Below, one piece after another: positions 58,054 to 64,000 of a DNA stretch of 64,000 nucleotides. How positions within the stretch are numbered: position 1 is the stretch's first letter; each line of letters begins with the position of its first letter. Position numbers and translations under genes: made by a program. This DNA comes from an uncultured Alphaproteobacteria bacterium. Its GTDB lineage: Bacteria > Pseudomonadota > Alphaproteobacteria > Rs-D84. Below the pieces are notes generated by a model. It saw nothing but the letters and a program-made list of their open reading frames with translations, had not been told where the DNA came from and searched no databases. The stretch covers positions 72,746-136,745 of the forward strand of contig CAMWON010000003.1 of assembly GCA_947175875.1 (NCBI GenBank), given 5' to 3'.

Positions 58054-59469
58054 ATGACCCAGGATATTGTGGAAAGTAATGCGGAAATTCAGGCGATGGT
58101 TGCCGATAATGATCGGCGCAATCTGGCTGTAATTGAACGTGCGCGCGCCTCGGGCCGCATCAATGACGAGGCGGCACGTTATCTCTCCGTTTTATATTCC
58201 GATGGCCTGGGCTGGTTCCGCGAGGTGTTTTATTTCTTAGGCAAATGCTTTGGTGCGCCAAAGGCACCGGTTATGCGTTACGACTATGAAACGGACAGCG
58301 CGATTGACGAACCGATAAAGATTGCCGACATAAATCCATTGACTCCGTATCTGGTTCAGCATCGTCTGGACGCCGACCCGATGCGCAATCAGTTTTTTAA
58401 CAGCGGCCGCGGCCACAAGATAGATTTGGCGGTATCGTCAATCGTCACGGTAATTGTCGGCGCGCAGAAAAGTGTGGACCGCGCCCTGGACAAGGTTACG
58501 GGAAAGTATTACGCGCGTTACGTCGATGAGGTTTGTGACACGGTACACCGTGTCATAGCCTCGCACGAGCGCGAGGCTTCCGCCAAGGCTGTTGCGGACA
58601 AGGTTCGTGCAAAGCTGTCGGAAAAGTATATTTCCGCCGCATCTGAAGCGGTGCTGTCAATCATCGGCCGCGGTCACGAGAATATCGCGGTGGAACTGGT
58701 GCGCGCACTGGATCGTGTGCCGCGCCCGCGCACGCGGCTTCAGGACGTATGGCGCGTAAAGTGCCTGTTTGATTTGATACCCCAGGCCCGCACGTTTATC
58801 GAGCGTGTTCATCAAATGATGCCGGACCGCGTGTTATCCGTGCGTGATAATTTCTATGATATGGACAACCCGCGTAATTATCGCGATGCAAAGCTTATCA
58901 TAAATATCGGCACCAAAGACGATGTTGTTCCAATGGAAATCATCTGCCAGGTGCGCACGTTCTTTGAATACGAGCGCAAAACTCACGGCGGATACGAGGT
59001 TTCGCGCAAAGCCAGCGGCAAAAAGAGCGAGAATATAGAGCGCCGCCTGGCGGACTTCATGGAAGGGGGCGTCAAAGAATACAATTTGATGGTCTGCAAC
59101 TGCCTTGAAGATTTGTTCGAGCGTGTGGGCTGGAATATTTTATATATGCAGGATAACGGCGCGTCAATGTTTGACGGATTCCCGCGCGACTGTACGTTGC
59201 ATTATCCGCAAAAGATATATGATGTCATTATGGACAAGCTTGACAACGCGCTTGAGAACGAGGTGTTTCACGTAACGACCGCACCGGCAAAGCTAACCCA
59301 GGCCCAAGAGTCCAAGATATTCCACTACATGGCGCGTTTTGTACTGGTTGCCGCCATGCCGTATATGCAGCGCGGCTGGGCCGTGCCGTCCGACACCATG
59401 GCGGGCAAATTGTTTAACTTTGTCATGAACGAGGTCCAGCGTTATTATAAAAAGCCTACCAATGACTAG
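58054..59469 (+). CDS. hypothetical protein with possible RelA/SpoT-like nucleotidyltransferase domain
   Basis: The central region DVWRVKCLF...NPRNYRDAKLIINIG...MEIICQVRTFFEYERKTHGGYEV resembles the synthetase-domain motifs D-x-x-G-x-R, NGY..H and E-x-Q-I-R-T ... H-x-x-Y-K. The call is tentative. Confidence 0.5.
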   Translation: MTQDIVESNAEIQAMVADNDRRNLAVIERARASGRINDEAARYLSVLYSDGLGWFREVFYFLGKCFGAPKAPVMRYDYETDSAIDEPIKIADINPLTPYLVQHRLDADPMRNQFFNSGRGHKIDLAVSSIVTVIVGAQKSVDRALDKVTGKYYARYVDEVCDTVHRVIASHEREASAKAVADKVRAKLSEKYISAASEAVLSIIGRGHENIAVELVRALDRVPRPRTRLQDVWRVKCLFDLIPQARTFIERVHQMMPDRVLSVRDNFYDMDNPRNYRDAKLIINIGTKDDVVPMEIICQVRTFFEYERKTHGGYEVSRKASGKKSENIERRLADFMEGGVKEYNLMVCNCLEDLFERVGWNILYMQDNGASMFDGFPRDCTLHYPQKIYDVIMDKLDNALENEVFHVTTAPAKLTQAQESKIFHYMARFVLVAAMPYMQRGWAVPSDTMAGKLFNFVMNEVQRYYKKPTND

Positions 59470-59591
59470 GAAATCAAACTAACGGGCGTCGCCCGTTATT
59501 TTCTTGCTTTAATTTGCCAAATAACGAACAATGTATTCAGGTCATGCGGGAAAACGTGCGGCCATAACAAGCATAACATAAGGACAAGATT

Positions 59592-59933
59592 ATGCGTCAA
59601 GGTAAAGTAAAATGGTATAACGGCAAAAAGTGCTTTGGGTTTATTACACCGGATGCGCCGAATGCCGATGGCAATATGGATGATGTTTTCGTTCATTCCA
59701 GCGCTTTGAAAGAAGCCGGAATCAGATTTTTAAATGAAAATGATATCGTAGAGTTTGAAGAGGAGGTTCGCGGCGACAAACTGTCCGTCACGACAATCAA
59801 AGTTATTCAGCGCGACGAAGAATCTGCGCGCCGTTTCCACGAACGCCGTGCCGAACACCGCCGTTCCACCGAAGAGCGCAAAGCCCGCACCGAGCGCAGC
59901 GAGCGTCGCGGTTTTGCTTTCTGGAAAAAATAA
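59592..59933 (+). CDS. cspA: cold-shock protein with basic/acidic C-terminal extension
   Basis: CSD motifs KWYNGKKCFGFI and VFVHSS are followed by a ~40-aa Arg/Glu-rich tail. Confidence 0.8.
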   Translation: MRQGKVKWYNGKKCFGFITPDAPNADGNMDDVFVHSSALKEAGIRFLNENDIVEFEEEVRGDKLSVTTIKVIQRDEESARRFHERRAEHRRSTEERKARTERSERRGFAFWKK

Positions 59934-59943
59934 TTTTCAGATA

Positions 59944-59971
59944 AAAAATCCCCCGGTTGGGGGATTTTTTT
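59944..59971. terminator. bidirectional intrinsic terminator AAAAAATCCCCCGGTTGGGGGATTTTTTT
   Basis: GC hairpin with a flanking A-run and T-run, between convergent genes. Confidence 0.6.
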
Positions 59972-60401
59972 AATTAAACCATACGTATGCGCGTCCGTCC
60001 GGCGGATTCCCGGCCGGCTCGGTCATGGAAACGGTATCAAACCGGGTGTCCGCACCCGCCGCCACCGTGCCGTCTGTCGCGCCCACCGGCAGGCGCGCAA
60101 TATTTACCGTCCCGGACACCAGATTGTCCGCATTTGTATTGTCCACGTCCTTTACATTGCCCAGACCCACCTGTGCCGCCGTTACCGCGTGCGGATTTTC
60201 AGTGTTGCCCGTATGTGCCGCCAATGCCTCAGATATTGCCGGTACGCCCAAAGACGATACGATTTGATGAACATACGCGGAACTGGCAATCCCGATTCCG
60301 GACGTGGCCGCCGGTGCCGCGTTCCCCTCATCGGCATATGCGCCGCTTGTTATAATTGTCGTCGTAACAATTGGAATTAAAAAAAGATAGCGCTTCCGCA
60401 T
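59970..60401 (-). CDS. small secreted Ala/Gly/Thr-rich protein
   Basis: The start MRKRYLFLIPIVTTTIITSGAYA is a signal peptide. The mature part has ENPHAVTAAQVGLGNV...GTVNIARLP, a motif pattern reminiscent of phage tail-fibre segments. Confidence 0.45.
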   Translation of the reverse strand: MRKRYLFLIPIVTTTIITSGAYADEGNAAPAATSGIGIASSAYVHQIVSSLGVPAISEALAAHTGNTENPHAVTAAQVGLGNVKDVDNTNADNLVSGTVNIARLPVGATDGTVAAGADTRFDTVSMTEPAGNPPDGRAYVWFN

Positions 60402-60530
60402 CATTTCCCCCCACGCCAAAATACACTATTCTTTACGTTGCCAGAATTATTTCATATTTTCGACAATATTGCCAGAATTTTTTTGTAAGAAAAAATCCGC
60501 CTTTTTACAGGCGGATTCAAGTTGTTGCGC

Positions 60531-62396
60531 TTATTTTTGGATAAAATGAACGCTGTACTGCGGCTTTTTATCCGGCCCCAACGCCGCGCGCACAACCCTG
60601 TTGGACGCAGTTTGCACCGCGCGGACAAGGTTGTCGCGGTCCTTGCGCTCCGCCTTGGACAAATCGTCGATTGCCTTTGTGATTTCAATCTGAATCTGGC
60701 GCTTCATAAATCCTGTTTCGTCGGATTCAAATATACCCGCACTGGATACCTCTGGCACGCCTTTCAAGAATCCGCGTTTATCCACCGGCAGGGTGACGAA
60801 CACGGCGCCGTTGGCGGCGATTTTCTTGCGGTTTTTATACACCTGGTCGTTTTTGCTGCGCTCGGTTTCGCCTTCCATAACGACAAAACCGGTCTCGATT
60901 GTTTCGGCGACATACGGTTCTTTCCCATCGGCCAGGGCAATCATTTCACCGTTGTGCACAACCATCATGTACTTTGCGCCGCCGCGTTCCATCGCCATCT
61001 TGCCGTTCAGCATTTCGTTTATATAATCGCCGTGCATCGGAATTGAGACCTGGGGATGCACCATGTCGTAAAAGCGTTCCAGTTCCGGACGACCGGCGTG
61101 TCCGCTGGCGTGCAGATGGTCCGTGTCAAATATCGTATGCGTTTTGATGCCCATTCGCGCCAGCTTGTTATACAGATACGAAACGTCCTGTTCGCGGCCC
61201 GGAATAATAATCGCACTGAACAGAATTGTGTCTGTCGGCTGCAGTTTCATTTCCTTTACCTGGCCGCGGCACAAACGTGTCAGCATCGCGAACTGTTCGC
61301 CCTGGGAGCCGGTTAAGAATATTGCCTGTTTTTCTGCCGGCAAATCTTTGATTTCGCTGTGCAGATATACTTCTTCCTTGCCCAGATACCCGAATTTGAT
61401 ACCCATTTCGCGGAATTCCGGCAGACCGACGTACGGCACCGGGTTCGGGTTGCTGCGTTCTTTAATCGCGGCAACGCGGCCTGCGGCGCGGGCGGCCTCT
61501 GCAAACATTTTCAGACGCGCGATACTGCGTGAATATCCGGTCACGATAACGCGGCCCGGCGCCTCTTTCATCAGGCGTTCAAATGTTTCGCGAACTTCTG
61601 TCTCGGTCGTCTGCTTTGCCTGGCGCGATGCGGATGTGGAATCACATGCGCACGCCAACAGTTTCGGGTCCGAACCTATTTCGCGCAACCGCGCAAAGTC
61701 TGTCGGATTTTCCACCGGGTTGTCGTCGTTGAATGTCCAGTCGCCCGTATGCAGGATTTTGCCTGCGGGCGTTTTTACAATCAGCATCTGCGCCTCTGGC
61801 ACAGAGTGGGAAACATGGAATGTTTCAACCTCAAACGGGGCCAAATCCAGTGTCGCGCCATTGTGGTCGAATACAACAATGTCCTTTTTCGGATTGAAAT
61901 CCATCTCAACCCCTTCGAACGTGCGGCGAATTATTTCGCCCGGAAAGCGCGTGCAGTAAATAGGCTTTCTAAATTTCGGCCATATGAATTTCAGCGCGCC
62001 GATATGGTCTTCGTGACCGTGCGTGATAACGAACCCGACCACGTCCTTCTTGCGCTTTTCCAGCCAGCGTGTGTCACAGTACTGAACGTCGCCGGCACCG
62101 ATTTCTTCTTCCAGAAATCCCATACCGCAGTCCACGACCAGATACTTTCCCTTGTACTTATAGACATACATGTTCTGGCCGATATGTTCCAATCCGCCCA
62201 GCGCCATAAAGTACATCTTGTTGTCGTTTTTGTCCCCCTCGTGCGCGGGCATGCCGGAAATTTTTGCCGGCGCGTCCGGACGCGGTCCCTTTTTCGGTGC
62301 GCGCGGCCCGGATTTTGCCTGTGCCTGAGGCTTGTTTTGCGGTTTCGCCGCCGCCTGGGGCGCCGGTGCCGCTTTTTTTTCTCGAACTTTTACCAT
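60531..62396 (-). CDS. rnj: ribonuclease J (MBL + beta-CASP)
   Basis: Motif VITHGHEDHIGAL plus beta-CASP motifs. The ~60-aa Lys/Pro/Ala-rich N-terminal extension may or may not be translated (alternative start MYFMALGG at ~62216). Confidence 0.85.
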   Translation of the reverse strand: MVKVREKKAAPAPQAAAKPQNKPQAQAKSGPRAPKKGPRPDAPAKISGMPAHEGDKNDNKMYFMALGGLEHIGQNMYVYKYKGKYLVVDCGMGFLEEEIGAGDVQYCDTRWLEKRKKDVVGFVITHGHEDHIGALKFIWPKFRKPIYCTRFPGEIIRRTFEGVEMDFNPKKDIVVFDHNGATLDLAPFEVETFHVSHSVPEAQMLIVKTPAGKILHTGDWTFNDDNPVENPTDFARLREIGSDPKLLACACDSTSASRQAKQTTETEVRETFERLMKEAPGRVIVTGYSRSIARLKMFAEAARAAGRVAAIKERSNPNPVPYVGLPEFREMGIKFGYLGKEEVYLHSEIKDLPAEKQAIFLTGSQGEQFAMLTRLCRGQVKEMKLQPTDTILFSAIIIPGREQDVSYLYNKLARMGIKTHTIFDTDHLHASGHAGRPELERFYDMVHPQVSIPMHGDYINEMLNGKMAMERGGAKYMMVVHNGEMIALADGKEPYVAETIETGFVVMEGETERSKNDQVYKNRKKIAANGAVFVTLPVDKRGFLKGVPEVSSAGIFESDETGFMKRQIQIEITKAIDDLSKAERKDRDNLVRAVQTASNRVVRAALGPDKKPQYSVHFIQK

Positions 62397-62654
62397 ACTT
62401 AATCCTTTTTTATATGTTCATATTTTGCGCGGCCACACAATTCATTGCGAATAAAGCGGTACTTTATTTGTAGTGAATCTGTGGCGCGCGCGGCGATGTT
62501 GCCCCATGTGGTGTTTGTTTGTAAATTAAATCACTGTGGGGTGTTTGCCGGGCGTTCGTGCCCGTTTCTCTCTTTCCAACAAGTATATGATAGTGTTTTT
62601 CGCCCATAAATCAAGCAAATAATAAAACCCGCCACCATGGGCGGGTTCTTTGGA

Positions 62655-64000
62655 TTATTCAGCCAGCTGGCCCACGGACATTGTGATTCTGCGAATGCCG
62701 CTGCTGATTGATTTTTCCTTGTTTACCTTTGCCTTCATAATTTCGCCGGTATGATAAACGTGGGTTCCTCCGCACAGTTCGCATGAAACGTCGCCCGCAC
62801 TTATAACGCGTACCGTGTCGCCGTATTTTTCGCCAAACAGCGCCATCGCACCGCGCTGTTTCGCCGCGTCCAGTGACATTTCCGCATGCTCGACCGGCAT
62901 GTCGGCGGCAATCCATTTGTTAACCAAATCCTCTACCGCCTGTTTTTCTTCCGCCGTCATCGCACGGCCAAAGCTAAAGTCAAATCGAACGGAATCCGGC
63001 GATACTTTGGAACCGCGCTGTTCCACGTCTTCGTTCAGCACCTGGCGCAGTGCCGCCTGCAACAGATGCGTCGCCGTATGCGCACGCGCCGTCGCCGCGC
63101 GCGTGTTGTCGTTTATTGATGTGCGTACACTGTCGCCCACCGCAATCGGTGCGGTGACGACGCCCTTGTGAGTAACAATGTCGCCGGCGCGTGCGGCCTC
63201 GGCCACGTTCATAACCGTGTCGCCGCCTTTTGTTATTTCGCCGGCATCGCCAACCTGGCCGCCCTGGGTGCCGTAAAAGTTGGTTTTGTCCAGTGCTATT
63301 TCAACCTCGTCGCCGGGTGCGGCGCTTTGTACAAATTCGCCGCCGCGCAGAATTGCCAAAACCGCAGAGTCCATTTCCGCGTTCGGCGCATATTTGGATG
63401 TGTCAATTGTCGCCGGCAGGTCGCCCTGTGATTCCCACAGTACGCGTGTGCCTTTTGTGTTGGCGCGGCTGCGCTCTTTCTGTTCGGCCATTGCGCGTTC
63501 AAATGCCGCCACATCTACATCCATGTTCTTGTCGCGCAGAATCATCTGGGTTAAATCCAATGGGAATCCGTACGTATCAAACAGCTTGAACGCTACGTCG
63601 CCCGGCAAAATGCCGTTGTTGACTTTCGGTAATTCCGCGTCCAGCAATTTCATACCGTTTTGCAGCAGGTCTGCAAACGCGTTTTCCTCGTTCTGAATGA
63701 TTTCCACAACGCGTGCCTGCTGCGCGGCCAGTTCCGGATACGCCGCGCCCATTTCTGTCACCAACGCCGGATACAGTTTAGAGAGCAGGGCGCCTTTATG
63801 TCCCAAAATCTGGCCATGGCGCATTGCGCGGCGCAGTATGCGACGAATAACATATCCGCGGTCTGTGTTCGACGGAATAACGCCGTCCGCGATGGCAAAG
63901 CCCACCGCGCGCAGATGGTCTGCGATAACCTTGAACGATGCTGTGTTGTCCGCGGTCTTTTTTACGCCGACAACGCTTTCGGTCGCGCCAATTAAACCGC
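62655..64000 (-). CDS. alaS: alanine--tRNA ligase (partial; 5' part lies beyond the window end)
   Basis: AlaS editing and C-terminal regions are present (HTATHLL, CGGTH). The reading frame stays open to the window edge. Confidence 0.85.
   Translation of the reverse strand, partial: GLIGATESVVGVKKTADNTASFKVIADHLRAVGFAIADGVIPSNTDRGYVIRRILRRAMRHGQILGHKGALLSKLYPALVTEMGAAYPELAAQQARVVEIIQNEENAFADLLQNGMKLLDAELPKVNNGILPGDVAFKLFDTYGFPLDLTQMILRDKNMDVDVAAFERAMAEQKERSRANTKGTRVLWESQGDLPATIDTSKYAPNAEMDSAVLAILRGGEFVQSAAPGDEVEIALDKTNFYGTQGGQVGDAGEITKGGDTVMNVAEAARAGDIVTHKGVVTAPIAVGDSVRTSINDNTRAATARAHTATHLLQAALRQVLNEDVEQRGSKVSPDSVRFDFSFGRAMTAEEKQAVEDLVNKWIAADMPVEHAEMSLDAAKQRGAMALFGEKYGDTVRVISAGDVSCELCGGTHVYHTGEIMKAKVNKEKSISSGIRRITMSVGQLAE

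Noticed and set aside
62815-63995. Plus-strand ORFs (118, 138, 111 aa) within alaS
   Set aside because: They are antisense to a well-conserved aminoacyl-tRNA synthetase gene that runs to the window edge.

Overview
This 64 kb window looks like a Gram-negative, probably alphaproteobacterial, chromosome segment with about 50% GC. It is mostly housekeeping genes, and none of the sequence was searched against databases, so every call rests on motifs read directly. The housekeeping genes are a class A PBP, an MsbA-like ABC exporter, comM, lepB, rnc, secG, ogt, groES/groEL, tilS, ftsH, prmC, htpX, tdk, rlpA-like, murJ, bamD, era, queA, tgt, lysS, cspA-like, rnj and a partial alaS, plus tRNA-Gln, tRNA-Arg and tRNA-Gly. 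Two accessory regions stand out.

(1) A paralogous family of small secreted cysteine-rich proteins sits at three loci (7.9-9.8 kb, 13.3-13.9 kb, 46.0-46.9 kb). Four of them share a C-terminal C-Y-x-P-x-G ... S-G-T ... C-x-Y motif. Three of the genes or operons are each preceded by a conserved ~140-nt structured 5' leader with covarying hairpins and an SD-mimic/anti-SD arrangement, which is a candidate new cis-regulatory RNA.

(2) An AT-rich genomic island abuts tRNA-Gln. It begins with a large serine recombinase whose 3' end overlaps the tRNA 3' end and carries a 1259-aa orphan protein, OMP and lipoprotein genes and a SpoVG homologue.

Other points of note are a protein built from about six tandem transposase-type HTH repeats, a RelA/SpoT-like nucleotidyltransferase signature in a 471-aa protein directly downstream of lysS, and a small accessory cluster beside tRNA-Arg.
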